Assembly: GCA_038258395.1 (NCBI GenBank)
Contig: JBBSPX010000002.1
Span: forward strand, 1-41,639
Reading direction: 5' to 3'
Length of the DNA stretch: 41,639 nt
Source of the DNA: Gemmatimonadales bacterium
GTDB lineage: Bacteria; Gemmatimonadota; Gemmatimonadetes; Gemmatimonadales; GWC2-71-9
Shown in pieces: positions 1-8,378 of the stretch. The notes beneath the pieces were generated by a model that did not search any database, was not told where the DNA came from, and saw only the letters and a program-made list of their open reading frames with translations. Every line of letters starts with the position of its first letter. The stretch's first letter is position 1. The position numbers and the translations under genes are program-made.

Positions 1-860
1 CGTGTCGTCGGGTACGCCAACTCGATCCGGTCATTCGCCGCGAACGCCAGCAGCAGCTCCTCCCAGATCTTCTCCGCGCTGGAGCGCCGCTGATCGGGTC
101 GGCAGCGGTAACGCATCGTCAAGACCACGCCACTGTCTGCCACGCTCGTGATCACGCCTGGATCCCCTTCGAGCCACACGGCGACATGGTGACCGCCCCC
201 TGGTGGGGGAGTGCGCATCGTCTTGTCGCGTACCTGCAGTGTCTGCCGCGTGATGATCTCTTGCAGCATTTGCTTCGCCAGCTGCCAGTCGCTCTCGAAC
301 GTCACGGTCGTCGCGAGTTCGTTCCAGAGCAGCCCGGAGGCCGTGGAGTAGTTGGCCTGCGCCTTCGTGAACACCAGCCCGTTCGGGAGGTGGATCACCC
401 GGCCCGTGTGCTGATCCGCATTGACCCAGTTGCCGATCTCGAGAATCGTGAACTGGAACAGCCGAACATCGGTGACATCGCCGAGGTACTGCTCGACCTG
501 GATCCGATCACCGATGCGGAATGGGCGGCGCCAGAGAATGAAGAGCCAGCCGGCCAAGTTGGTCAGCGGCTGGTTGAGCGCGATGGCGAGGCCGGCCGTG
601 ACGATGCCGAAGAAGGCGCCGACCTGTGCGAGCCCATCGGACCAGGCGCGTGCCGCAAGCAACAGGCCGGTGATCACCAGGATGTAGGTGATCACCTTTC
701 GGATCCGGAATCGGATATTGGCGTCGTCCACCTGTGGCACCGCGAACCGGAACAGCACCCACCGCACAAACATCAGCCCCAGGACGACCGCGATCGTTTC
801 GGCCACGCGACCGCGCAGCACCGGATCAAGGTCTCGGATTCGGTCCCACAGGTCGGTCAT
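1..860 (-). CDS. MscS-family mechanosensitive ion channel (C-terminus runs off the left window edge; absent from the supplied ORF track)
   Basis: My own reverse-strand translation from ATG (cat at 858-860) gives MTDLWDRIRDLDPVLRGRVAETIAVVLGLMFVRW...FFGIVTAGLAIALNQPLTNLAGWLFILWRRPFRIGDRIQVEQYLGDVTDVRLFQFTILEIGNW...IWEELLLAFAANDRIELAYPTTR. It has TM helices followed by the MscS pore-helix/beta-domain pattern. The frame stays open to position 1. Confidence 0.85.
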   Translation of the reverse strand, partial: MTDLWDRIRDLDPVLRGRVAETIAVVLGLMFVRWVLFRFAVPQVDDANIRFRIRKVITYILVITGLLLAARAWSDGLAQVGAFFGIVTAGLAIALNQPLTNLAGWLFILWRRPFRIGDRIQVEQYLGDVTDVRLFQFTILEIGNWVNADQHTGRVIHLPNGLVFTKAQANYSTASGLLWNELATTVTFESDWQLAKQMLQEIITRQTLQVRDKTMRTPPPGGGHHVAVWLEGDPGVITSVADSGVVLTMRYRCRPDQRRSSAEKIWEELLLAFAANDRIELAYPTT

Positions 861-1108
861 GCCTTCATCTCCGGGATCGTGCTCGCGTCGCCCTGCCGGA
901 TCGCCATGTAAGCCGGCGAGGTGATCTCGACCCCACCCTTGGCGAAGTGGTCCTGCACAGCGGCGTGCAGCGCCGAGAGGGTGAATCGCATGCGCGCCGC
1001 ATCGTGGGTGTAGGCGGAGTCGGGAGCGCGGGGGGTCGCGGGTCGGCCCTGCGCACCGAGCGGCGCGAGGAGTCCGAGGAGCGCGAGGACCAGCGGTCGG
1101 AGCATCAT
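857..1108 (-). CDS. small ORF (83 aa) with signal-peptide-like N-terminus; its C-terminal half resembles the C-terminal domain of MscS-family channels
   Basis: Start moved to MMLRPLVLALLGLLAPLGAQG (cat cat at 1103-1108). The stop overlaps the mscS-like start in ATGA (857-860). The segment RFTLSALHAAVQDHFAKGGVEITSPAY parallels IWEELLLAFAANDRIELAYP of the downstream channel. Confidence 0.35.
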   Translation of the reverse strand: MMLRPLVLALLGLLAPLGAQGRPATPRAPDSAYTHDAARMRFTLSALHAAVQDHFAKGGVEITSPAYMAIRQGDASTIPEMKA

Positions 1109-1178
1109 GGCTTGAATCTCACCCGGTAGCCGAGTTCGGCAAGTATCTTCGAGGCATCTGCCACCCGGAGCCAAGCCT

Positions 1179-2426
1179 GTGACGGTGTTCGACCTCATCG
1201 CTGCCCTGACCACGATCGCCGCGGTGCTCGCGTGGGCCAACTATCGCTTCGTCAAGCTGCCCATGACCATCGGCCTGATGGTGCTCTCGCTGGTCAGCTC
1301 CGTCGTGATCGTCATCGCCGGACGGCTGGGGGTGGTGCCGATCGGCGGCCTCACCGATTTCGTCCAGGCGATCAACTTCGACGACACGGTCCTCAACGGC
1401 ATGCTCGGTGCCTTGCTCTTCGCGGGCGCACTGCATCTCGACAGTGCCAAGCTGATGAAGTATCGCGGCCTGATCCTGACACTCGCCACGCTGTCCGTGC
1501 TGATGACCACCGCGGTGGTCGGCATCGGCGGTTGGTATCTCTTCACCGCGCTCGGCCTCACCATTCCGCTCTCGTGGATGCTCGTGTTCGGTGCCCTGAT
1601 CGCGCCCACCGATCCGATCGCGGTCGGTGCGATCCTCCGACGCGTCGGTGTCCCCAAGGAACTCGAGACCACGATTACCGGCGAATCGCTCTTCAACGAT
1701 GGCGTCGGCGTCGTGTTGTTCATCCTGCTGATCGAGCTGCTCGGCGGCGAGGGGATCACCGCCGGTGTCGTCGCAAAGCTCATCGCCGTCGAGGTAATCG
1801 GTGGCCTGCTCTACGGCGCGATCCTGGGCTACATCGTTTTCCGGATGCTGCGCGCCGTCGACAACTACGCAGTGGAAATCCTCCTCACGCTCGCCCTGGT
1901 CACCGGCGGATATGCCTTTGCGCACGTGTTCCATGTCTCGGGGCCGCTCGCGATGGTGGTCGCGGGGCTGATCATCGGCACACGCGGTCGACAGTACGCG
2001 ATGTCGGAGACCACGCGGCATCGGCTCGATCAATTCTGGGAGCTGGTCGACGAATTCCTGAACGCGGTGCTGTTCGTGTTGATCGGCCTCGAGGTCGTGA
2101 TCCTCGACGTGAGCGACAAGGTGCCGATCGCGGCGGTGATGGCGATCCCGCTGGTGTTGGTGGCCCGCTACATCTCCGTGGTGATCCCGGTGTCGGTGTT
2201 GCCGAGCGGGCGGAGCCTGCCGCGTGGCGCGGCGGCGATCCTCACCTGGAGTGGTCTCCGCGGCGGGATCTCGGTGGCACTCGCGCTGTCGCTCCCGGCG
2301 AGTCTCTACCGTGACAAGCTGATCGCGATCACCTATGTGATCGTCTGCTTCTCGATCATCGTGCAGGGGCTCACCGTGGGAAAGGTGACGGCGAAGATTT
2401 TGGCGGGGTCCCAGCCGCGGCCGTGA
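1179..2426 (+). CDS. CPA1-family Na+/H+ (cation:proton) antiporter
   Basis: 415-aa polytopic membrane protein with a GTG start. It carries the conserved exchanger motifs APTDPIAVGAILRRVGVPKELETTITGESLFNDGVGVVLF. Confidence 0.9.
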   Translation: MTVFDLIAALTTIAAVLAWANYRFVKLPMTIGLMVLSLVSSVVIVIAGRLGVVPIGGLTDFVQAINFDDTVLNGMLGALLFAGALHLDSAKLMKYRGLILTLATLSVLMTTAVVGIGGWYLFTALGLTIPLSWMLVFGALIAPTDPIAVGAILRRVGVPKELETTITGESLFNDGVGVVLFILLIELLGGEGITAGVVAKLIAVEVIGGLLYGAILGYIVFRMLRAVDNYAVEILLTLALVTGGYAFAHVFHVSGPLAMVVAGLIIGTRGRQYAMSETTRHRLDQFWELVDEFLNAVLFVLIGLEVVILDVSDKVPIAAVMAIPLVLVARYISVVIPVSVLPSGRSLPRGAAAILTWSGLRGGISVALALSLPASLYRDKLIAITYVIVCFSIIVQGLTVGKVTAKILAGSQPRP

Positions 2427-2434
2427 GGCCGCGG
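2415..2434 (+). terminator. stem-loop overlapping the antiporter stop codon (candidate intrinsic terminator)
   Basis: ccgcggcc-gtga-ggccgcgg forms a perfect 8-bp stem, and the loop contains the TGA stop (2424-2426). There is no strong U-tract. Confidence 0.4.
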
Positions 2435-2457
2435 TGTGGTGCGCCGAACACTGATCT

Positions 2458-2480
2458 GTCACGCCGAACGCAGTGAGGCG
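2458..2480. repeat. single arm of a dispersed REP-like repeat (GTCACGCCGAACGCAGTGAGGCG)
   Basis: Identical to the left arm of the long inverted repeat at 41341-41367. A shorter reverse-complement piece (ttcggcgtgac) lies at 31478-31488. Confidence 0.85.
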
Positions 2481-2587
2481 AGCGGTATATCGTAGTGGCG
2501 GAGTTGCCGGCGACACTTCGCACAGCCTCCACGACCATGAGCTAGCTTTCACATTGTTCCCATCTCCCCATTCGAAGGCACTCCACC

Positions 2588-3028
2588 ATGTCCGATAGCG
2601 CTCCGCAGTCCGCCGCCGGGTACGCCCGCTGGCGCCCACCGTATCACTTCTTTGTGGGACCGATCCTGTTGCTCTACTTCGGGACCACGGTCTACCACCT
2701 GCGGCACGGGCTCAACTGGGGCAACGTGCTCGCGGTCCTGCTGGCGGCCGCGTTGATCGTGTTCTACTTCCAGGCGCGATTGATGGCGCTCTCGGTGCAG
2801 GACCGGGTGATCCGTCTTGAGGAGCGGCTCCGGTTGGCGCGGTTGCTGCCGGCGAGCCTGCACGGCCGAATCGACGACTTCACGGTCGAGCAACTGGTGG
2901 GGATGCGCTTCGCGTCGGACGGTGAGTTGCCAGCGCTGGCCGAGCGGGTGCTGAGCGAAGGGATCACCGACCGGAAGAAGATCGTGGCGATGATCACGAC
3001 CTGGCGACCGGACCACCAGCGGGCATGA
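2588..3028 (+). CDS. hypothetical membrane protein (two predicted TM helices)
   Basis: 146-aa ORF. It has hydrophobic segments FFVGPILLLYFGTTVY and VLAVLLAAALIVFYF followed by a charged soluble tail. I do not recognise a family with confidence. Confidence 0.65.
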   Translation: MSDSAPQSAAGYARWRPPYHFFVGPILLLYFGTTVYHLRHGLNWGNVLAVLLAAALIVFYFQARLMALSVQDRVIRLEERLRLARLLPASLHGRIDDFTVEQLVGMRFASDGELPALAERVLSEGITDRKKIVAMITTWRPDHQRA

Positions 3029-3233
3029 GTCCCGCGCGGGTCTTCATCCACATCGCGTTCGGTGCATGCGCCGGCCAAGCTCATCGAGGTACTGACCACG
3101 ATGTCGGGGCGGTATCTCGGGACGGGCGATGGAGGTAGTAGTGAATGAGGTGGGACGGAACACGTGAAGCGTCGCTAGCGCCACCCCACGGTGTGCCGTA
3201 TGCTCAGCTGTCTCCTTCCCCCGAGGCTGCACC

Positions 3234-3653
3234 GTGAACCGACTCCTTCCTCTTGCCGTTGTCATCCTCGCGTGCTCCTTCGGAGCGGCGTGCGTGGCCG
3301 GACCGATGCCGCTCCCAGAGCCAGCCACGCCGACGGCGATGTCGTCGCCGGTCTGCGCCGACTCGATGCCGTTCACCGGCGACACCACGGGCGTCGGCCT
3401 GTATCCACCGCAGGCGCTCCGGATCGTGATGCCCGAGGTCTCGTTCGAACGAAGGGGCGGGACCGAGGTCACGGTCCGGCATCTCGTAAACACCGCAGGC
3501 AGGGTGGACAGCGTGGTACTCGACGGCGTCGCGCACAAGAAAGACATCGAGGCGCTGGAGAAGGCGGGCATGGCCACCAGATACGCACCGGCCTGGCGCA
3601 ACGGCTGCCGACTGCGCGGGTGGTCCACCGGGAAGATGACGTTCAACAGGTAG
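3234..3653 (+). CDS. lipoprotein with TonB C-terminal-like domain
   Basis: GTG start. It has a lipobox VVILAC and a C-terminal pattern YPPQALRIV...GTEVTVRHLVNTAGRVDSVVLDG...YAPAWRNG typical of TonB_C domains. Confidence 0.65.
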   Translation: MNRLLPLAVVILACSFGAACVAGPMPLPEPATPTAMSSPVCADSMPFTGDTTGVGLYPPQALRIVMPEVSFERRGGTEVTVRHLVNTAGRVDSVVLDGVAHKKDIEALEKAGMATRYAPAWRNGCRLRGWSTGKMTFNR

Positions 3654-3700
3654 GCGGCGACCCGCTACAATCCGACACCCTCTTTCCGCATGGAGCAATC

Positions 3701-3919
3701 ATGGCACACGACGTGGAATTCACCGTCCCTACTCGCCCGCTCGGCCGAGCGGATGTCGAGTTTGCCGTCAACAAGGATGGCGAGCTGCTGGGCACGCTCG
3801 CGGTCTCCAACGGCTCGCTGGTCTGGTTCCCGAGGTCGACGACCAATGGTCACAAGATCGGCTGGGAGGAGTTCGACCAGCTGATGAAGGAGCAGACGAC
3901 GCGGATCGAGCGGCGGTGA
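3701..3919 (+). CDS. small hypothetical protein (72 aa)
   Basis: ATG at 3701 is preceded by GGAG (3692-3695). The sequence is MAHDVEFTVPTRPLGRADVEFAVNKDGELLGTLAVSNGSLVWFPRSTTNGHKIGWEEFDQLMKEQ. The longer 3191 start was rejected because that region is R/G-rich and overlaps the upstream gene. Confidence 0.55.
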   Translation: MAHDVEFTVPTRPLGRADVEFAVNKDGELLGTLAVSNGSLVWFPRSTTNGHKIGWEEFDQLMKEQTTRIERR

Positions 3920-3937
3920 GGGGGGGGACTCACCGCC
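3912..3937. terminator. bidirectional stem-loop between convergent genes
   Basis: ggcggtgag (3912-3920) pairs with ctcaccgcc (3929-3937), a 9-bp stem with an 8-nt G-rich loop. It spans both stop codons (TGA at 3917-3919 and tca at 3930-3932). Confidence 0.45.
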
Positions 3938-6900
3938 CTGCAACCACCTCGGCCGGCGCTGAGTCCGTCACGATCACCTGCACCGTGGCAACCGCGGTGA
4001 AGGTCGGATCCTCATACCGCGGACGATCATCGGGACAGAGAAGTCGGGTGCCGTCAATCCGTCCTCCACCCCAGGCATGTCTCAGCACACTGTCGGGAAC
4101 CTGGAGCAGGTCATTGCCATCGTCCCAGACCGCAGTGAGGCACGCCCAGTTCGTCCGCGAGAAGATCCACTGGGCCGCCGGTTCCGCCGCCTGCGCCCAG
4201 ACCAGCCAGTAGGAGCCCGGCGCGGTGGGCGCCGTCATCTCGATCATGGCGCCGAGCGTTCCGGCCGTGGCCCCGGTGATGAGACTCGAGACGCTTGCGG
4301 TGTCGCGGGCGGTGGTCGGGAAAGTCGAACTCCGTGCAGCGAACCAGAGGACGGGAATCGTGGGCGTATCGTAGCGCAGGACGACCCGTCCCGAGATCCG
4401 CTCCCCAGGTGCGACGCGGATGGTCGGCTTGTCGCGCCCGAGTTCCTGCCCATTGACGATACCGCTGTGGATCGACAGCGCGTGGTGGTCATACCCGCGT
4501 GCCAACACGAGTGGCTTGGTCGCCAGCTTGCCGACACCGAAGCTCGCCACCAGCGAATCGTATCCGCTCGGCGCCCAGAGCTGGAACGCCGACGCGATGA
4601 CGCTACCATCGGTGACCACCATCGCGTCGGAGCGGGAGACGGAATCCAACCCAAGCACACTCGTCAGGTGGAGTGGCTGGCCGTCGAGCTTGGTGGAGAC
4701 CTCACCGCGTCGGTTCCGGACCGTGAGCAGCGCACTCACCTCATTCCAGATGGCGGGATGATCGGTGTCCCTCGGGAACATCGCCGGCGTGTTCTCGAGT
4801 CGGAGTGACGCGGGCTGATCCATCCACCAGGACCACGCTTCTGCTCCGCCAAGCAGGACCGTGACCAGCGCCGCGACCGCGGCCACACGAGCGAGTGGGC
4901 CGTGCGTCCACGGTAGTCCGCGCCGCAAGGCCGGGAGTTTCGCCTGCGCTCCTGCACTCGCGGCGAACTGCTTGAGGAGATGTTCGGCACGCCCCGTCAC
5001 GCGCTGCTCACGCTGGTGGGCGATCCACCGGCGCGCCAGATCCGGGAACAGCGTGTCATCGTTGGCGTCCACGGCGTGGCCGAGCGCCCGGATGAGTGCC
5101 CTCCCCCGCTCGGGGCCATCGACTCGGGCCAAGGCGCCGGCGATGGTGCGATGCAGTGCGGTGCGGCGATCATCGGGCAGCTCGCCGAGCGCGGCCTCCG
5201 CATAGCGATCGTGGCTCGCCTCCCATCCCTGCGCGCCCTCGCGCACCAGCCCGGCGAGTTCGAGCGTCTCGAGCGATTGTGTCACGTCGATGCTCGAGGG
5301 GACGAACTGTGCGATCAGGGCCCGAGGGACCGGATGGCCGGCGATGGCGATCGATTCCAGAATGCGGCGGGATCCATCCGGGAGTCCCAGCACACGCTGG
5401 CGGACTGGCGCCCGGCCTTGCAGTGCGGCGGCCACCGCGGTTCGATCTCGTATTGCGAGCACCTCTCCACGCAAGACGATCGCTCCGATCGATTGGAGCG
5501 TGCGCAGCGCCTCGAGCAGGAGCAACGGCGTCCCGGCTGTGGAGTCGGCGAGTTGACCGACCAACCAGGCCTCGTCCGACTCCGGCACGTCCCCCAGTTG
5601 TGCCAGCAAGTCGGTGATGCCCTCGCAGTCGAGCGCCGTCAGCACGATGTGCCCACTCGGAACACCCGGAAGGCCACCGGACTGCCTGCTGGTGGTCACC
5701 ACCAGGAGGGGGGCGCCTTCGAGTCGTGCGACGACGATCCCGAGGATCTCGAGTGACGCCGGATCGGCCCAGTGGAGATCGTCGAGCATCACGGCGATCG
5801 GCTGTTCGTCCATGAGGGTACGGACGAGGTCGGTGGTACACGACAGCAGCTGGTGCGAGTCTGGTGTCCCCTCGTGTGGTGCCGGTGCTCCCGGGAACAC
5901 GCTCTGCAGAGTGGGGACGATGCGGACGAGTGTGGCCGCGGTGCTCTGGTCGATCCCCGCCGCGCCTGACAGTCGGGCCAGCTGATCGAGCGTGGCCGCG
6001 AGGAAACTGAACGGGTAGTGACGTCCACCAGAGACGGCGCGGCAGACCGCCACCGGGGCCGGTAGATCGGTGAGGCGCTCGACCAGCGCTTGGAGCAGGC
6101 GCGACTTGCCGATGCCGGCTTCGCCCTCGATGTGCACCAGCGTCCGCTGACCGGCGGTCGCGTGCTGCCACGCGCCGAGGAGCCGGGTGAACTCGCTGGT
6201 CCGACCCACCAGATCGGGGTGGGCGAGTGGATCGTGTGCCTGGTGTGCGGCGCCATTGGAGCGGTGTCGGACCCAACGATCGATCAGGTCGACCGTGGCC
6301 CGTTGGGGCTGTATGCCGCGAGTGGTGAGTGCGTGCTGGAGCGCCTCGACCTCGTGGCGAGCGGCGCGGCTGTTGCCGGCCTGCACGTGGGCGCCGACCA
6401 GGAGTCGCCAGAAGGGTTGGTGATGAGGATCGAGTTCGCGGGTCTGGATGGACTGGGCGATCGCTGCCTCGTGGTCACCGCGGTCGAGTGCGGCTCCGAT
6501 TGCGGTCTCGGAACTGCTCCGCCACATCCGATGCAGGCGTTCGGCCTCCTCGTCGCGCCACTCCTCGAAGCGTGCACCACCAGGGATTGCGAGGCCCGAG
6601 AGGAACCGTCCCTGATAGAGGTCGGCCACGCGGTCGGTGTTGCCGACGCGGAAAGCTTCGAGGAACTCGTTACGGTCCGATCCGACGCCCGGCTTGAGGC
6701 GGATCAGATCGGCATTGGACTCGAGCTGTTCCGCTCCCAGCACGCGGCGCAGGCTGTGGAGCGTCTGTCGGAGTGCGTGGCGGCCGCGATCGGGGGGGAG
6801 GTTTGCCCAGAGCAGATCGAGCAATTGATCTCGGGTCGCTTCGCCGCCGTTGGCTTGAAGGTAGATGAGCAGCGCGAGTGGCTTGCCGGCGGGGAGGAGT

Positions 6901-6956
6901 GCCGTGCCGCCCGGGGCATCGAGGAGTTGGAAGGCGCCGAAGGTGGTGAGGTACAT
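3930..6956 (-). CDS. SARP/BTAD-family transcriptional regulator fused to an AAA ATPase, one TM helix and a large extracytoplasmic C-terminal domain
   Basis: Start reset to MYLTTFGAFQLL (cat at 6954-6956). It has a winged-helix/BTAD region (LLDLLWANLPPDRGRHALRQTLHSLRRVLG, FEEWRDEEAERLHRMW), Walker A GEAGIGKSRL and Walker B VMLDDLHWAD. The TM helix is VAAVAALVTVLLGGAEAWSWW, followed by about 330 aa of unknown fold. Confidence 0.85.
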   Translation of the reverse strand: MYLTTFGAFQLLDAPGGTALLPAGKPLALLIYLQANGGEATRDQLLDLLWANLPPDRGRHALRQTLHSLRRVLGAEQLESNADLIRLKPGVGSDRNEFLEAFRVGNTDRVADLYQGRFLSGLAIPGGARFEEWRDEEAERLHRMWRSSSETAIGAALDRGDHEAAIAQSIQTRELDPHHQPFWRLLVGAHVQAGNSRAARHEVEALQHALTTRGIQPQRATVDLIDRWVRHRSNGAAHQAHDPLAHPDLVGRTSEFTRLLGAWQHATAGQRTLVHIEGEAGIGKSRLLQALVERLTDLPAPVAVCRAVSGGRHYPFSFLAATLDQLARLSGAAGIDQSTAATLVRIVPTLQSVFPGAPAPHEGTPDSHQLLSCTTDLVRTLMDEQPIAVMLDDLHWADPASLEILGIVVARLEGAPLLVVTTSRQSGGLPGVPSGHIVLTALDCEGITDLLAQLGDVPESDEAWLVGQLADSTAGTPLLLLEALRTLQSIGAIVLRGEVLAIRDRTAVAAALQGRAPVRQRVLGLPDGSRRILESIAIAGHPVPRALIAQFVPSSIDVTQSLETLELAGLVREGAQGWEASHDRYAEAALGELPDDRRTALHRTIAGALARVDGPERGRALIRALGHAVDANDDTLFPDLARRWIAHQREQRVTGRAEHLLKQFAASAGAQAKLPALRRGLPWTHGPLARVAAVAALVTVLLGGAEAWSWWMDQPASLRLENTPAMFPRDTDHPAIWNEVSALLTVRNRRGEVSTKLDGQPLHLTSVLGLDSVSRSDAMVVTDGSVIASAFQLWAPSGYDSLVASFGVGKLATKPLVLARGYDHHALSIHSGIVNGQELGRDKPTIRVAPGERISGRVVLRYDTPTIPVLWFAARSSTFPTTARDTASVSSLITGATAGTLGAMIEMTAPTAPGSYWLVWAQAAEPAAQWIFSRTNWACLTAVWDDGNDLLQVPDSVLRHAWGGGRIDGTRLLCPDDRPRYEDPTFTAVATVQVIVTDSAPAEVVAGR

Positions 6957-7516
6957 GACGTCCGATGGGTCAGCGGGGTGGGAGGACCGCACAAGTGTAT
7001 GCGTTGCGCGACAGCTGGGGAAGGAATCACAGAAAGCTCGCGTCCACGGAATACCATGGTGGGCAAGCGTTTGACGACCCCTGACGCCGGATGACACGAT
7101 CGGAACCGCACTTGCGGACCGGTGGCGCCGTGCAAGCATTCCCCGGCTTTCGCCCCCTGCTCCGTGTGCTGGTCCGGAGGTCGGCGGGCGTGTGATGACC
7201 TGAGTGGTGCGCCCCCGGCCATGAACCTCGGCATCACACGACCTGTCGGCGGGCCAGGACTCAGCAGAGGTCCTGGCCCCGTCCGCTCTGGTCCCAGTGT
7301 CACACCCCATTCGCAGATTTTTCGGGCCTGACGCGGCAGACTCTACCGTGCAGGATGCCGGGTTCGGGCGACATCTGCGAGCGCGCGAGAGTACGGCAAG
7401 TCGTTATCCGGCAACCGGTTGTCGCCGAATGACACCGATTGAATGTGATGGCACAGCGTTCGCATAATCATTTGGCAAGGTATTCCCTTCCCCCCCCGCA
7501 ATTCAGGAGCAGCTGC

Positions 7517-8050
7517 ATGCGCTCACGCCTGATCGGATTCACCCTCGCACTCACGACCCTCGCCCCCCTGACCGCGACGGCGCAGAATGCTCAGACTCGG
7601 AGCGGCTTCTGGTTCAACGTCGGACTCGGTTATGGCTCGCTCGGCTGCCAGGATTGTACGAGTCGTGAGGGTGGCCTGAGTGGCCAGCTCTCGCTCGGTG
7701 GAACGCTGAGCCGGCATGTCTATCTCGGTGTCGGCACCAGCGGATGGACCAAGTCGGAGGACGGCGTCACGCTCTCGGTGGGCGCCCTGACCGCGCTGGT
7801 TCGCGTCTACCCCTCATCGACCGGTGGGTTCTTCCTGACGGGTGGGCTGGGTGTCGGCCGTGTCGACCTCTCGATCGACGGACTTGGGACCGGCGGCGAA
7901 AGCGGCACCGCGGCACTGCTGGGGATCGGCTACGACTTCAGGGTCGGCCGGAACGTGAGCCTGACGCCGTATTGGAACGGCTTCGCCGTGAGTCACGATG
8001 TGGGCGACGCGAATGTCGGTCAGCTCGGGCTCAGTGTGACGGTTCATTAG
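7517..8050 (+). CDS. small outer-membrane beta-barrel protein
   Basis: ATG at 7517 is preceded by AGGAG (7505-7509). It has the signal peptide MRSRLIGFTLALTTLAPLTATAQ and an alternating G/hydrophobic strand pattern (GFWFNVGLGYG, LLGIGYDFRVG, LGLSVTVH). Confidence 0.65.
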   Translation: MRSRLIGFTLALTTLAPLTATAQNAQTRSGFWFNVGLGYGSLGCQDCTSREGGLSGQLSLGGTLSRHVYLGVGTSGWTKSEDGVTLSVGALTALVRVYPSSTGGFFLTGGLGVGRVDLSIDGLGTGGESGTAALLGIGYDFRVGRNVSLTPYWNGFAVSHDVGDANVGQLGLSVTVH

Positions 8051-8378
8051 TGGTGATGCGGCGGTCGTGATTTTGGAGGAGGGTGTTCTGACGGGGTGTC
8101 CGCATACGACCGGAATAGTCCGATCGGTGATCAAGGAGTGGGCGGGGAGGACCAAGGAGGCGATGTGACGAGTAGGGTGCTGCATCTATGCTCCGTATCC
8201 TTTATTTGGTGGCCTTGGCCTGAATCCTCTACGATTACCGCACTATGGCTCTTGTGGATTCCACTGCAAGCAAAGGCTTCGCTGAGTCAAGACTGGCAGC
8301 CACCGGCAGCACCTTTCCCTCCGCTGGTATAACGGAGTTGCCAAACAATCCCCCAGTCCATTGGGAGGGTCTCGCACG

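Noticed and set aside
1119-2639. 506-aa minus-strand ORF antisense to the Na+/H+ antiporter. The same applies to 20345-22771 (+, antisense to the kinase), 38171-40417 and 36315-37661 (+, antisense to glucoamylase and zwf), 26098-27213 and 27405-28155 (-, antisense to vapC and the Big_2 genes), 29937-30848 (-), 32650-33345 (+), 34889-35575 and 35572-36315 (+).
   Set aside because: These are typical high-G+C shadow ORFs. Their composition is extremely rich in R/G/H/D/P, they have no recognisable motifs, and each lies opposite a gene with strong family signatures.
6957-7310. N-terminal 118-codon extension of the SARP-AAA ORF (ORF-track start 7310)
   Set aside because: The extension is R/S/G-rich with no similarity. 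The conserved SARP winged-helix begins right at MYLTTFG (start 6956).
8051-8378. Small ORF 8096-8332 (78 aa), and a search for an integrase, tRNA or att site at the left island border
   Set aside because: The ORF has no motifs and odd composition. I saw no tRNA-like sequence, integrase fragment or direct repeat matching the 19.0-kb border, so the insertion mechanism remains unknown.
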